Below, one piece after another: positions 1 to 10,333 of a stretch of DNA of 64,000 nt. Position 1 is the stretch's first letter. Each line of letters starts with the position of its first letter. A model generated the notes under the pieces. The model had not been told where the DNA came from, made no database searches, and saw only the letters and a program-made list of their open reading frames with translations. A program made the position numbers and the translations under genes. The DNA is from Armatimonadota bacterium (lineage in GTDB: Bacteria; Vulcanimicrobiota; JACPDS01; JBDRKI01): the NCBI GenBank assembly GCA_043814095.1, contig JBDRKI010000048.1, positions 1 to 64,000 of the forward strand, written 5' to 3'.

Positions 1-166
1 ACAGCCATCTGAGAGAACATATGCACCCTCTGCGGATCATCCATGGAAGAGATTTCCAATAACCAAAAATACGGCTAAAGCCGGAGAGGATAGAAAGGTG
101 GCCTAGATGTGAAAATGTGACATTTCTAATTTGCTAAGAATGTGACATTTCTAAATTGCCTTGACA
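1..166 (+). mobile_element. Right end of an ISNCY/IS1202-like insertion sequence
   Basis: Two sub-terminal direct repeats AATGTGACATTTCTAA(T/A)TTGC at 114-134 and 139-159; terminal ...TTGACA at 161-166 (TGT...ACA type end). Confidence 0.7.
2..106 (+). CDS. C-terminal end of an ISNCY/IS1202-type transposase (5' part outside window)
   Basis: Frame 2 reads QPSERTYAPSADHPWKRFPITKNTAKAGEDRKVA*. A PxxDHPW(K/R)R motif is typical of the C-terminus of these transposases, and an IS-like end follows immediately. Confidence 0.7.
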   Translation, partial: QPSERTYAPSADHPWKRFPITKNTAKAGEDRKVA

Positions 167-182
167 TATAATACTTTATATC

Positions 183-211
183 TTTACAAACTAACTATAC
201 TATGCTATATT
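183..211 (+). promoter_or_regulatory. Probable sigma70-type promoter of the rimP-nusA-infB operon
   Basis: TTTACA (183-188), 17 bp spacer, TG-n-TATATT (203-211). Confidence 0.5.
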
Positions 212-250
212 ATTATATGTACTCTTCATAACTGTCTTAGACAGGATTGA

Positions 251-279
251 AAAAGAGCGGGTTTCCCCTCTTTTTTTTT
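251..279 (+). terminator. rimP-leader attenuator-like hairpin
   Basis: AAAAGAGCGGG-TTT-CCCCTC followed by a T9 run just upstream of rimP; resembles the described rimP leader element. Confidence 0.65.
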
Positions 280-309
280 GAAGCATTTTTAAGAGTACCT
301 GAGGAAATT

Positions 310-549
310 ATGATGAAAGAAATAAGCCAGATAGCGCACTCTGTAGCGAATGAGCTGGGTTATGAACTGAAAAAAATTAATTTTAAGTCGGAACACGGCA
401 GGAAAATACTTTCTATAATTATAAGCAAGCCCGGAGGCATCACCATAAAAGATTGTGAAACCTTCTCAAGGAAACTCGGGCCAATACTGGATGAAACCAA
501 TATTATAAAGGAGAAATACTACCTGGAGGTATCCTCTCCGGGGATATAA
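310..549 (+). CDS. rimP: Ribosome maturation factor RimP, N-terminal domain only (~79 aa)
   Basis: GITIKDCETFSR and YYLEVSSPG motifs; GAGG RBS at 301-304 favours ATG 310; lies directly before nusA. Confidence 0.85.
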   Translation: MMKEISQIAHSVANELGYELKKINFKSEHGRKILSIIISKPGGITIKDCETFSRKLGPILDETNIIKEKYYLEVSSPGI

Positions 550-560
550 AGGGGTGCTTT

Positions 561-2042
561 ATGAATACAGAATTCATATACGCTTTAAAAGAGATTGAGA
601 AAGAAAAAGCCATACCTATGGACATTCTTCTGGAAGCCATAGAGTCCGCTTTAATCTCGGCATATAAGCGGAACTCGGATCACAAAGGCGAGAATGTCGC
701 GGTACGCATAGACAGGGATACGGGAGATACTGAAGTATACCAGACATTGACCGTTGTGGAAACGGTTGAGGACCCCGAAACCGAAATATCACTTAAAGAA
801 GCCAAAGAATATGATGATGAAGTTGACATCGGGGATGAAATAGAAGCAGAGGTCACGCCTTCCGATTTCGGCAGAATTGCCGCCCAGACCGCGAAGCAGG
901 TTATAGTGCAGAGAATACGCGACGCCGAAAGGGATATAATCTACGACGATTATCTTGACAAAGTAGGATCCCTTATAACAGGCATATTCCAAAGATATGA
1001 AAGCAAAAGCGTTCTTCTGGAAGTTGGAAAAATAGAATGCGTTATACCGCCGGAAGAACAGGTTGAAACCGAACACTTCAAATTCGGCGACAAAGTTAAG
1101 GTTTATATACTTGAAGTAAGTAAAGCATCCCGCGGAGCCCAAATTATTACTTCAAGGTTAAATATAAACCTGATAATAAAACTCTTTGAACTTGAAGTCC
1201 CGGAAATACCCCAGGGCGTTATCAAAATTAAAAACGCCGTGCGCGAACCGGGGTTCAGAACAAAGATATCCGTCGCTTCAAAAGATTCCAACGTGGATCC
1301 CGTAGGAGCATGCGTAGGTCCGAAAGGCAGCCGCGTCAAAAATATAGTTGAAGAACTGCGCGGGGAAAAGCTGGATATAATAAGCTGGAATGAAGGCCCC
1401 GCCGCTTACATATCAAACGCCCTGTCTCCGGCAAAAGTCGTATCGGTAATTATTTATGAACATACCCAGAGCGCTTACGTAATCGTGCCGGATGACCAGC
1501 TGTCTCTGGCTATAGGCAAAGAAGGCCAGAACGCGCGTCTCGCGGCCAGACTCACAGGATGGAAAATAGACATAAAAAGCGAAACCCAGGCGAAAGAAGA
1601 GCCGCCGCCGCCGCCGCCTACTCCGGAAGAAATAAAAGCATTTAAAGCTCAAAAGGAAAAAGAAGAAAAAGAAAGACGCGAAAAAGAAGAAGAAAAACTG
1701 CGTCTTGAAAAAGAGCTCTCACCCGAAAAACTCGCCCTCATGGAAATCGCCGAACCCGGCGTAGAAACAGAAGAAGTAAAAGAAGAGATAATCCCGCAGG
1801 AAGAAATAAAAGAAGAACCCGAACTTCAGGTACAGGCCGGCGTTGTTGAAGAGGTAAAAGAAGATCACAAAGATAAAAAGCACAAAAGAAGAGACAAAAT
1901 TGATGAAGTTGACGCTGAAAAAGAGAAAGAAAAGGAGCTGTTCGCCGCTAAAAAGAAAATAAAGAAACCGAAAAGGTCAAGATATCTTGAATATGACGAT
2001 GATGACGAATATTCCGAATATTACAGAAAATTTGACGATTAA
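561..2042 (+). CDS. nusA: Transcription termination/antitermination factor NusA with long charged C-terminal tail
   Basis: [21 protein letters not shown] and [19 protein letters not shown] motifs. Confidence 0.97.
   Translation: MNTEFIYALKEIEKEKAIPMDILLEAIESALISAYKRNSDHKGENVAVRIDRDTGDTEVYQTLTVVETVEDPETEISLKEAKEYDDEVDIGDEIEAEVTPSDFGRIAAQTAKQVIVQRIRDAERDIIYDDYLDKVGSLITGIFQRYESKSVLLEVGKIECVIPPEEQVETEHFKFGDKVKVYILEVSKASRGAQIITSRLNINLIIKLFELEVPEIPQGVIKIKNAVREPGFRTKISVASKDSNVDPVGACVGPKGSRVKNIVEELRGEKLDIISWNEGPAAYISNALSPAKVVSVIIYEHTQSAYVIVPDDQLSLAIGKEGQNARLAARLTGWKIDIKSETQAKEEPPPPPPTPEEIKAFKAQKEKEEKERREKEEEKLRLEKELSPEKLALMEIAEPGVETEEVKEEIIPQEEIKEEPELQVQAGVVEEVKEDHKDKKHKRRDKIDEVDAEKEKEKELFAAKKKIKKPKRSRYLEYDDDDEYSEYYRKFDD
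1760..1817 (+). repeat. 58 bp direct repeat, copy 1 (in nusA tail)
   Basis: CGTAGAAACAGAAGAAGTAAAAGAAGAGATAATCCCGCAGGAAGAAATAAAAGAAGAA; 1 mismatch to 2290-2347. Confidence 0.9.
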
Positions 2043-2113
2043 AAAACAGTGTCTTCCCTGTATGGTTTTTATCTAGAACCGTGCATACTGCGCTGTATAC
2101 AAAGGGAGGATTT

Positions 2114-4231
2114 ATGGGAAAAATAAGAGTACATGAAATAGCAAAAAAACTGGATTTATCAAGTAAAGAAGTTCTTGATGTCCTGTCAAAGCTCGGCATA
2201 GAAGCAAAATCACATATGTCCGCAGTAGATGAACCGGCTTTTGATAAAGTCGCGTCTTATCTGAAACCAGTAGAAACAGAAGAAGAAGCCGTAGAAACAG
2301 AAGAAGTAAAAGAAGAGATAATGCCGCAGGAAGAAATAAAAGAAGAAACTCCTGCCGAAGAAAGCGAAGATGAGAAAAAAGCAGATCTTGACAAAATGGG
2401 CAGGCGCGCGAAAAGAAGAGCGCTTAAAGAACAGCAGGACGACAAAGATAAAATTATTGAGATTAACCAGGTAATAACCGTGGGGGAACTGGCAAAAACA
2501 CTGGATGTAAACCCGAACGAGATCATAAAAAACCTGCTGAAAGAAGGCATCTTTTTAACCATTAATCAAAACCTTGATTTTAAAAAGGCCGAAGAGATCG
2601 CGGCGGAGTTTGATTACGTAATTATTAGAAAAGAAGTTGCAAGCAAAGCCAAAAAAGAAGAGTACGAAGTACAATCATCTGAAAAATTAATTGCGCGCCC
2701 GCCGGTAGTAACGGTTCTCGGACACGTAGATCACGGTAAGACATCCCTTCTGGACGCGATACGCCAGACTGATGTAGCAAGCCAGGAAGCCGGAGGCATA
2801 ACCCAGATCATAGGCGCTTCAACAATTGAGATAAAAGGCAGAAAAATTATAACCATTGACACCCCAGGCCATGAAGCTTTCACATCCATGAGAGCAAGGG
2901 GCACAAAAGTAACCGATATAGCCGTATTAATAGTGGCGGCCGATGACGGCATCATGCCCCAGACGATAGAAGCTATACATCACGCGAAAGCGGCTAAAGT
3001 GCCCATAATAGTGGCCATAAACAAAATTGATCTGCCCCAGGCAAACCCCGAAAAAGTCAAACAGGAACTGACAGATCACGAGCTTCTTCCGGAAGACTGG
3101 GGCGGAGACACAATCTGCGTAAATATTTCCGCAAAAAAGAAAATAGGGATAGAAGAGCTTCTTGATATGATACTGCTTGTCGCGGAAATGCAGGATATAA
3201 AAGCAGACCCCGAAGGAGAACCCCGCGGCATTATAATTGAAGCCCATATAGATAAAGGCCTCGGCCCGGTGGCGACCGTTATAGTACAGAACGGCACGAT
3301 AAAAATAGGCGATGCCATAATCGCTGGAACAGCAATAGGAAAAATAAGAGCAATGATAAATGATAAGGGAGGAAGGCTTGATAAGGCCACGCCTTCAACT
3401 CCCGTGGAAATAATAGGATTTACTTCTGTACCGACCGCCGGCGACCCCATAGAAATAATCAAAGACGAGAAACTCGCCAGACTAATAAACCAGGAAAGAA
3501 TTAATAAAATCAAAGAGGAAAAAGCCGCGAAACATCATTCAAGTCTTGATGACTTATTTAAACAGATATCTTCCGGCAACTTCCGGGAACTTAATCTAAT
3601 ACTTAAAGCGGACGGACAGGGCTCTATAGAAGCTCTGAGGCACGCTTTATTGAATATAAAATCATCGGAAGTAGGCATTAAAATTATCCATTTCGGAGTC
3701 GGAGCCATAAATGAATCCGATATTATGCTTGCCGCGGCGTCAGACGCAATCATTGTGGGATTTAACGTTAAGCCCGAAGGATCAATAGCCAAATTAGCCG
3801 AAACAGAAGGCATTGACGTAAGACTGTACAAAGTAATCTATAATGTGATTGAGGATATAAAAGCGGCCTTAACAGGCATGCTCGCGCCCGAATATGAAGA
3901 AGTCATGCTCGGCAAAGCGATAGTCAAACAGATATTTAAAATTTCGAAACTGGGCATAATAGCCGGATGCGCGGTTACCGAAGGCAATATTAAACGCAAC
4001 GCGCAAGCCAGGGTATTAAGGGGAGCTAATATGGTTTTTGAAGGAAAAATCAGCTCCTTAAAGAGATTTAAAGATGATGTCAAAGAAGTGGCCGCCGGCT
4101 ACGAATGCGGCATAACAATAGAAAAATTCGGAGGGCTACAGCCTGACGACGTAATAGAAGCTTACCAGCTTCAAGAAAAACAAAGAAACGAGTTGATATT
4201 AAATGAGTCTGCGAATCAGCAAACTAAATAA
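2114..4231 (+). CDS. infB: Translation initiation factor IF-2
   Basis: [13 protein letters not shown] and NKID GTPase motifs; GGGAGG RBS before ATG 2114 ([11 protein letters not shown]). Confidence 0.97.
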   Translation: MGKIRVHEIAKKLDLSSKEVLDVLSKLGIEAKSHMSAVDEPAFDKVASYLKPVETEEEAVETEEVKEEIMPQEEIKEETPAEESEDEKKADLDKMGRRAKRRALKEQQDDKDKIIEINQVITVGELAKTLDVNPNEIIKNLLKEGIFLTINQNLDFKKAEEIAAEFDYVIIRKEVASKAKKEEYEVQSSEKLIARPPVVTVLGHVDHGKTSLLDAIRQTDVASQEAGGITQIIGASTIEIKGRKIITIDTPGHEAFTSMRARGTKVTDIAVLIVAADDGIMPQTIEAIHHAKAAKVPIIVAINKIDLPQANPEKVKQELTDHELLPEDWGGDTICVNISAKKKIGIEELLDMILLVAEMQDIKADPEGEPRGIIIEAHIDKGLGPVATVIVQNGTIKIGDAIIAGTAIGKIRAMINDKGGRLDKATPSTPVEIIGFTSVPTAGDPIEIIKDEKLARLINQERINKIKEEKAAKHHSSLDDLFKQISSGNFRELNLILKADGQGSIEALRHALLNIKSSEVGIKIIHFGVGAINESDIMLAAASDAIIVGFNVKPEGSIAKLAETEGIDVRLYKVIYNVIEDIKAALTGMLAPEYEEVMLGKAIVKQIFKISKLGIIAGCAVTEGNIKRNAQARVLRGANMVFEGKISSLKRFKDDVKEVAAGYECGITIEKFGGLQPDDVIEAYQLQEKQRNELILNESANQQTK
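2290..2347 (+). repeat. 58 bp direct repeat, copy 2 (in infB N-terminal linker)
   Basis: Matches 1760-1817 except one C>G; a further partial copy lies at 2270-2285. Confidence 0.9.
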
Positions 4232-4553
4232 ACTTTTAAAACAGGAAATAAGTGATATTATTTTAAAGCTGAAAGATCCCAGAATAGGATTTGTAAGCAT
4301 AACGGAAGTTGATACTTCCGCGGACCTGAGACACGCTAAGGTATTTATAAGTATTCTTGGCACGGAAGAAGAAAAGAAAAAATCCCTGGAAGGATTAAAC
4401 TCCGCCTGCGGCTTTATAAGGCATGAATTAATGTCCCGGATAAAAATAAGAAATATCCCCGGGGTAAGTTTTGTCTATGATAATTCTATAGAGCGCGGTA
4501 CAAGGATACTCAATTTGATTAACAAAATATCCAGTGAGAATAACGGTGAATGA
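4203..4553 (+). CDS. rbfA: Ribosome-binding factor A
   Basis: KDPRIGFVSITEV..SADLRHAKVF..YDNSIERG; follows infB. Confidence 0.95.
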   Translation: MSLRISKLNKLLKQEISDIILKLKDPRIGFVSITEVDTSADLRHAKVFISILGTEEEKKKSLEGLNSACGFIRHELMSRIKIRNIPGVSFVYDNSIERGTRILNLINKISSENNGE

Positions 4554-5530
4554 TGAAAGACAGTATTGACCCTATTTTTCCTTCAATCGTGGAAACAATA
4601 CATCTGGGGAAAAATTTTATTGCACTGCCGCATATTAATATTGACGGCGATGATTTAGGTTCTATGCTTGCCTTATACTGGGGCTTTAAAAAAATAAACA
4701 AAAATGTCGCGCTTTTTACCACCGACAGCATACCCTTTGTTTATACTTTCCTGCCCGGAGTGGAAAAGATCCGCAATTTCATACCCGACCGGAAGTTTGA
4801 TGCCGCTTTAATGCTTGAATGTTCAACCCCGGCAAGACTGCCCGCAAAGATCAATCTTAAACAGATAGCCCATAAAGTTATAAATTTAGACCACCATCCG
4901 GATAATTCCGCCTACGGGGACCTTAATTATATTGACAGTAAAGCCGCCGCTCTCGGAGAGATTGTCTATTTCCTGTTAAAAACCCTTGATGTGGAGATGG
5001 ATTACAATATAGCCGTAAACCTTTACACCGCGATACTTACGGACTGCGGCTCATTCCAGTATTCAAACACCACATCAAATACGCATAAAATAGTATCTGA
5101 ACTTTTAAAATTTCCGATAGACGTTAACCAGATCAGCAAAAAAATATACAGGGAAACGGATTTTAACACTTTGAAACTGCTCGGAGAAGTTTTATCAACC
5201 CTTGATAAAACTAATGACGGCAAAGTAGTCTGGGCGGAAGTTACCCCGGAGATGATGAAAAAATACAATGCTTTTGAAGAAAACACACAGCACTTTATTG
5301 ACTCGGTAAACCATACCGCGGGGCATGAAATCGCCATATTGTTTAAAGAAACTCCGGAAAATACAACAAAGGCAAGTGTAAGGTCGGATATATATCCGGT
5401 AAACGAGCTTTCCGCGGAATTCGGAGGCGGCGGACACAAACAAGCCGCCGGCTGTACTATTAACGCGTCCCTGCCCGAAGCAAAAAAGCTTTTCTTAGAG
5501 AAGATCAACGAGATGTTTTATAATAAATAA
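4550..5530 (+). CDS. nrnA: DHH/DHHA1 family bifunctional oligoribonuclease/PAP phosphatase
   Basis: HINIDGD, DHH, TDCGSF and GGGGH motifs; conserved position after rbfA. Confidence 0.85.
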   Translation: MMKDSIDPIFPSIVETIHLGKNFIALPHINIDGDDLGSMLALYWGFKKINKNVALFTTDSIPFVYTFLPGVEKIRNFIPDRKFDAALMLECSTPARLPAKINLKQIAHKVINLDHHPDNSAYGDLNYIDSKAAALGEIVYFLLKTLDVEMDYNIAVNLYTAILTDCGSFQYSNTTSNTHKIVSELLKFPIDVNQISKKIYRETDFNTLKLLGEVLSTLDKTNDGKVVWAEVTPEMMKKYNAFEENTQHFIDSVNHTAGHEIAILFKETPENTTKASVRSDIYPVNELSAEFGGGGHKQAAGCTINASLPEAKKLFLEKINEMFYNK

Positions 5531-5542
5531 AAGGAGCGTTTT

Positions 5543-6181
5543 ATGAATAAAAAGCTCGTCTTTGTTTTATCCGTTTTAATTTTAACCGCCATGCTGACTT
5601 CCTTCCTTCAGGCGGAAAACATAAAAAACCACGAAATTTTTCCCATGGGCAAAGGCAGCTACTGGGTATATAAACTGAGCAACCTTGTGCAGGTAAGAGC
5701 GGAATCTTTAGGAACCGAGAAGATAGAAGACCGGACTTACAATGTGATTTTAAGTTATCCTACTACGGATTATAAGAATCTTGAGAAAGAATATTACCTC
5801 ATGCTCCCCGACGGAATTTATTATTACGGCAATAAAACCTCTAACCTTAACATGATTTACACTCCCCTGCTTAAAAAATTACCGGCGGAAATTAAGACCC
5901 CCCTTTCATGGGAATGGTCGGGAACAATTTCCAATATAAAGTCAAATATAACCCTCACCCTCACAGGTCCGGAAGATTACACATACAAAGAAACGAAATA
6001 TCCGGCATATAAGCTTACCCAGACAATACGCGAAGCTTCACAGAAAGATCCCACTAAAAAGATAGTCATAACTGAGTGGTACGTAAAAGGCATCGGCAAG
6101 GTTAAAGAAGTAACCGAAGCTATAATCGGCGATAAAAGCGATTCATTTACGGCAGAGCTGGATATTTACAGCATAAAATAG
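5543..6181 (+). CDS. Hypothetical exported protein
   Basis: Signal peptide (…FLQA|E); FPMGKGSYWVY near the N-terminus and EWYVKGIGKVKE near the C-terminus; AGGAG RBS. Confidence 0.7.
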   Translation: MNKKLVFVLSVLILTAMLTSFLQAENIKNHEIFPMGKGSYWVYKLSNLVQVRAESLGTEKIEDRTYNVILSYPTTDYKNLEKEYYLMLPDGIYYYGNKTSNLNMIYTPLLKKLPAEIKTPLSWEWSGTISNIKSNITLTLTGPEDYTYKETKYPAYKLTQTIREASQKDPTKKIVITEWYVKGIGKVKEVTEAIIGDKSDSFTAELDIYSIK

Positions 6182-6185
6182 CTAA

Positions 6186-8099
6186 TCAACCGTTCCGGCC
6201 TTTAAATATTAATTTATATACTCCCCAGTATATAAATCCGATTACCGCGCCGAAGAAAATCCCGTAAACACATCTTATTAAAGATATTACAGCCGGTGTG
6301 TGAGCGTGAGCGAATGTGTCTATAATATCAGCCTGCCCTACCGCTCCGAAAAGAAGAAATAGGCCGCAAAGGACAATATTTCTTTTCTCTTTTATAAAAG
6401 TCAGGGCAAGTATGAGAGCGGGGTGGGCGAAAAATACTTCTTTTAATCTCGGGCGAACAACCAGAATATCGTTAAGGAAAGAGCGGAATGTTTTCTCAGC
6501 CGGCATAACAATGCCGTCAGCGGTATTGCCTGTTCTTAATATATAATATACGCCCAGGGCCAGAAACACCAAAAGAAGAACAGCCTGCCCCCAGGTTAAC
6601 GGCCAGCTGAAAATCTCTTTATAACTTTTCCCTGCCTGTTTTGTAAGATACCAGTATAAAACAAGCACCGGCGGCAGTATCATTAATAACTTAACTCCTG
6701 TAAACTGGCAAATGTTTAACAAAAACTGATTTTTAAATAATAGTGAGGCCGTTATTAATCCGCCGGTTAAAGATATGACTGATATCAATAAGAATGTTAA
6801 AAGAATTGAGAATATCTCATTATTGCCTTTAATCTCCGTTCTTTCCTTGAAAAATTCAAGGCCGGATTTAAACGCCAAAATTATAAATAAAACAGCGCCT
6901 ACCAGTGCCGTAAGCTTTATAAGCAGTACGGTTTTATACATAAAAAGAACCAATATTGTTAATATACTTATTATAAACAACAGTATTTTAATTTTATTTG
7001 AAAGCTTTATAAAATCATCAATTAAAAAGAAAAACAGGATTATAAGGAATATTATAATTATGGCTAGATATGTATAACTGTAATGTATATAAGGCATTTT
7101 ATCCGCTTTTGAAAAGTTAAAATTCTTTGTTAAGCTTCCTTTTAAAGAAGATACCATGTTCAAATTTGTCTTTGTTATATCATCCCCGTAAAAACCAGAA
7201 GAGAAAAGATGCAGATAAACCCAGCGTATATTGCGCTCTTTAACGCCGAGGATAAATTTGCCTGCAGTTTTTTTAGGATCCAATTTTGCCAGATAAGCTT
7301 CTGATATGGACATAACCCTTACAACTTCCGGTGAATTATGCTTCTCAAGATAATTTATCCCCTTCTGTACCTTCTCTGAACTGCCTGCTTCTAAAACACC
7401 CAGAAGCCCTTTAAGTTCCCTGATATTAACAGAAGTAATACCGAGCAAGGAAGGGTATCCGAGAACTTCATTCTCAATACCACCGAAAATTATACCTGAA
7501 AAACTATCCCCCAGTTTCATCTTGATACCTAAAATCTCATTCCAGTACTCCTGCAGTAAGTCCGCATTCAAGTTTATCTTATTCCTGGGGCGCAGTATTA
7601 CATTAAAACCCATATTATTAACTTCATTAATCGCATATGGATCAAAACCTATACCATAAGGTATAATATCCCCGTAAGAAGCCGAGACTTCAATAATATT
7701 ACCTTTTTCCGTTCCCTTATATGCGTGCGGGAGATATTTTTTAAACTTATTTGTTATTAATTGAGTATCATTATAAAGGTTATCTTTATTAACCTGCAGG
7801 AAAAGCACGGGATAGTTTCCTGTATTTTCCCTGGGTATTAAGGATATTCTTCCGTAATTTATAAGGTCTTCTACTGTCTGTTCATTAAATGCAACCGTGG
7901 TAATACCTGCTTTTTTGAAGCTTAAAAGGGTATCTTCTAAGCTGCTGCCGGTAAAAGCACACTTTTTATAAACTTCATCGTAGTCTAAAATAAGCTCTAT
8001 ATTATTATATTCATTCTCAAAATCAATACGGTTATAAACTACATACGCGGAAAACACAAATACCAACAGCAGTATAATCCAGATTAACTTTTTGTTCAT
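6186..8099 (-). CDS. DUF5693-like membrane protein
   Basis: N-terminal TM helix, large soluble domain, then many TM helices with F.GVKL, RPRLKE..AHP and TFAHAHTP motifs. Confidence 0.7.
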   Translation of the reverse strand: MNKKLIWIILLLVFVFSAYVVYNRIDFENEYNNIELILDYDEVYKKCAFTGSSLEDTLLSFKKAGITTVAFNEQTVEDLINYGRISLIPRENTGNYPVLFLQVNKDNLYNDTQLITNKFKKYLPHAYKGTEKGNIIEVSASYGDIIPYGIGFDPYAINEVNNMGFNVILRPRNKINLNADLLQEYWNEILGIKMKLGDSFSGIIFGGIENEVLGYPSLLGITSVNIRELKGLLGVLEAGSSEKVQKGINYLEKHNSPEVVRVMSISEAYLAKLDPKKTAGKFILGVKERNIRWVYLHLFSSGFYGDDITKTNLNMVSSLKGSLTKNFNFSKADKMPYIHYSYTYLAIIIIFLIILFFFLIDDFIKLSNKIKILLFIISILTILVLFMYKTVLLIKLTALVGAVLFIILAFKSGLEFFKERTEIKGNNEIFSILLTFLLISVISLTGGLITASLLFKNQFLLNICQFTGVKLLMILPPVLVLYWYLTKQAGKSYKEIFSWPLTWGQAVLLLVFLALGVYYILRTGNTADGIVMPAEKTFRSFLNDILVVRPRLKEVFFAHPALILALTFIKEKRNIVLCGLFLLFGAVGQADIIDTFAHAHTPAVISLIRCVYGIFFGAVIGFIYWGVYKLIFKGRNG

Positions 8100-8113
8100 A
8101 AAAAGGTACTCCT

Positions 8114-8491
8114 TTACCTTATCATGCCTTTTATTAAAATCTCCGAATCAGTTAAAGCTTTCATGCCCCTGCCGTCGCTTCCGGGCGACAGAATAAGATG
8201 AAAAAGCGGTATAATTCCGGCATTAAAAAGCTGTGTGCCGCCTGTTAAATCTATCAGATAACCGGAGTTGTACGATGTAACTTCAACTTCCCCTGAAATA
8301 ACCACTATCTCGGTAGACAGATCTAATATTAATGTCTGATCCTGTTTTAAAGTTATGCTTCTCCATTTATAAAAATTGTCCAGGTAGCTTTTTGTAATAA
8401 CCGGATCTTGCGCCGAACCCGGCTCCTGCGCGAATACAGCAAAATTAAACAGCAGCATTGCGGCTATTAATAAAAAGACATACTTTTTCAT
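8114..8491 (-). CDS. Small hypothetical exported protein
   Basis: Signal peptide; PGSAQDPVITKSYLD motif; 125 aa, coupled to thrS. Confidence 0.7.
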   Translation of the reverse strand: MKKYVFLLIAAMLLFNFAVFAQEPGSAQDPVITKSYLDNFYKWRSITLKQDQTLILDLSTEIVVISGEVEVTSYNSGYLIDLTGGTQLFNAGIIPLFHLILSPGSDGRGMKALTDSEILIKGMIR

Positions 8492-8493
8492 AA

Positions 8494-10230
8494 CTACCTC
8501 TTATTATCAATCTCTTCTTTTATTTTTTTAATAAACTCTTCTAAACTTTGAGCACCCAGGTCAGCGTCTTTCCTGTGCCTCACGGAAACATTATTACTTT
8601 CCGTTTCCTTATCGCCTATTATCAGCATATAAGGTATTTTCTGGGTCTGCGCGTCCCTTATTTTATAACCTAACTTCTCGGCTCGTTTATCTATATAAGC
8701 CCTTATGTCTTCTTTCCTTAAATCCATATGAACTTTTTCCGCGTAATCAAAATGCTTCTCGGAAACCGGTATTACCTGTACCTGGGTATGGGTAAGCCAC
8801 ACGGGAAAAGCGCCCGCATAATGTTCGGTTAAACAACCCATAAAGCGTTCTAAAGAGCCCAGCATGGCGCGGTGAACCATATAGACATACTGTTCCTTTC
8901 CCTCATTATCAACGAACTTTACGTCAAACCTGCGAGGGAGGTTAAAATCAAACTGTATTGTCGGACCCTGCCATAACCTTCCCAAGGCGTCTTTTAGCTT
9001 AATATCAATCTTAGGCCCGTAAAAAACAGCCCCGCCCGGATCTTCGGTAAATTCAATCTTATGTTCTGCAAGCGCGTTGCGGAGCGTCTCTTCAGCCCTG
9101 TCCCATTCTTCGGGAGTACCGGCAAAATCGGCGCCTCTTGTCGCAAGCATGACTTCATACTCGGTAAAACCGAAGGTTTTAATTAAAAATATCGCAAAAT
9201 CAACGCAGTTAAGCATTTCTTCTTTGAGCTGATCGGGGGTGCAGAATATATGGGCGTCATCCTGTGTAAAACCGCGCACGCGCAGAAGCCCGTGCAGAAC
9301 GCCCGAACGTTCATAACGGTAAACCGTGCCTAATTCCGCGAGTCGCATGGGAAGGTCGCGATAACTTCTTTTTTTGGTTTTATAGGAATAAATATGAAAC
9401 GGGCAGTTCATCGGCTTGACCACATATTCTATCTGGTCTATCTGCATTGGAGAATACATATTCTCTCTGTAAAAATCCCAGTGGCCGGAAGTTTTCCATA
9501 AATCAACCCTGGCTATATGCGGCGTATATATAAGTTCATAATCCCGCTTATAATGCTCGCTCTTCCAGAATTCTTCTATTTTATTTCTTATAAAAGCGCC
9601 TTTAGGCAGCCATATGGTTAAACCGGGCCCTATATCGTCTTCAATTACAAATAAGTCAAGCTCTTTGCCCAGTTTTCTATGATCTCTCTTCTTGGCTTCT
9701 TCAAGCTTCTTAAGATAATCATCAAGCTCTTCTCTGGTATTGAAAGCTGTGCCGTAAATCCTCTGGAGCATCTTATTCTTCTCATCACCGCGCCAGTAAG
9801 CGCCCGCGATATTTAAAAGCTTAAACGCTTTTATCTGGGATGACTTCTCAATATGAGGCCCCCTGCAGAGGTCGGTAAAGTCTCCTGTTTTGTAAAGTGT
9901 GACCGCATCATCCGGAATCTCTTCTAAAAGCTCCACCTTATAATTCTCGCCGAGATCTTTGAAGAATTTTACCGCTTCATCTTTTTTCATATCTATAAGT
10001 TCAAATTTTTCACCGTTTTTAATGATCTCTTTCATTTTTTTTTCTATGCGGAGAAGATCTTCAGGCACAAAAGGCGTCTCTTTCTCAAAATCATAATAAA
10101 ACCCCTCATCTATGGCCGGACCTATGGCAACCTTGACATCCGGGAAAAGCTGTTTTACAGCCGCAGCCATTATGTGGGATGTGCTGTGTCTAAGAACTTC
10201 AAGCCCCTCTTTTGTTTTAGTATCAATCAT
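8494..10230 (-). CDS. thrS: Threonine--tRNA ligase (no N-terminal TGS domain)
   Basis: LRHSTSH, DLCRGPH, RDHRKLG, KPMNCP, RVRGFTQDDAH and FYGPKID motifs; GGAGG RBS. Confidence 0.97.
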   Translation of the reverse strand: MIDTKTKEGLEVLRHSTSHIMAAAVKQLFPDVKVAIGPAIDEGFYYDFEKETPFVPEDLLRIEKKMKEIIKNGEKFELIDMKKDEAVKFFKDLGENYKVELLEEIPDDAVTLYKTGDFTDLCRGPHIEKSSQIKAFKLLNIAGAYWRGDEKNKMLQRIYGTAFNTREELDDYLKKLEEAKKRDHRKLGKELDLFVIEDDIGPGLTIWLPKGAFIRNKIEEFWKSEHYKRDYELIYTPHIARVDLWKTSGHWDFYRENMYSPMQIDQIEYVVKPMNCPFHIYSYKTKKRSYRDLPMRLAELGTVYRYERSGVLHGLLRVRGFTQDDAHIFCTPDQLKEEMLNCVDFAIFLIKTFGFTEYEVMLATRGADFAGTPEEWDRAEETLRNALAEHKIEFTEDPGGAVFYGPKIDIKLKDALGRLWQGPTIQFDFNLPRRFDVKFVDNEGKEQYVYMVHRAMLGSLERFMGCLTEHYAGAFPVWLTHTQVQVIPVSEKHFDYAEKVHMDLRKEDIRAYIDKRAEKLGYKIRDAQTQKIPYMLIIGDKETESNNVSVRHRKDADLGAQSLEEFIKKIKEEIDNKR

Positions 10231-10270
10231 AACTTCCTCCGAATAACTAATCCTTAAAAATAATACTTTC

Positions 10271-10314
10271 TACCATATCTTGCTGTTTCCTCTATTAATA
10301 TACAACATGTTGTA
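10271..10314. promoter_or_regulatory. Tandem NrdR-box-like operators upstream of thrS
   Basis: TACCATATCTTGCT (10271-10284) and the perfect palindrome TACAACATGTTGTA (10301-10314), 30 bp apart. Confidence 0.45.
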
Positions 10315-10333
10315 ATATATTAATGGTTTATTC

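Noticed and set aside
114-159. Tandem 21 bp repeats as a CRISPR array
   Set aside because: Only two copies with a 4 bp gap; they fit IS sub-terminal repeats. No CRISPR array or cas gene was seen in the window.
160-215. dif/XerCD-like target site next to the IS end
   Set aside because: The match to the XerC/XerD arms is weak in AT-rich DNA and not supportable.
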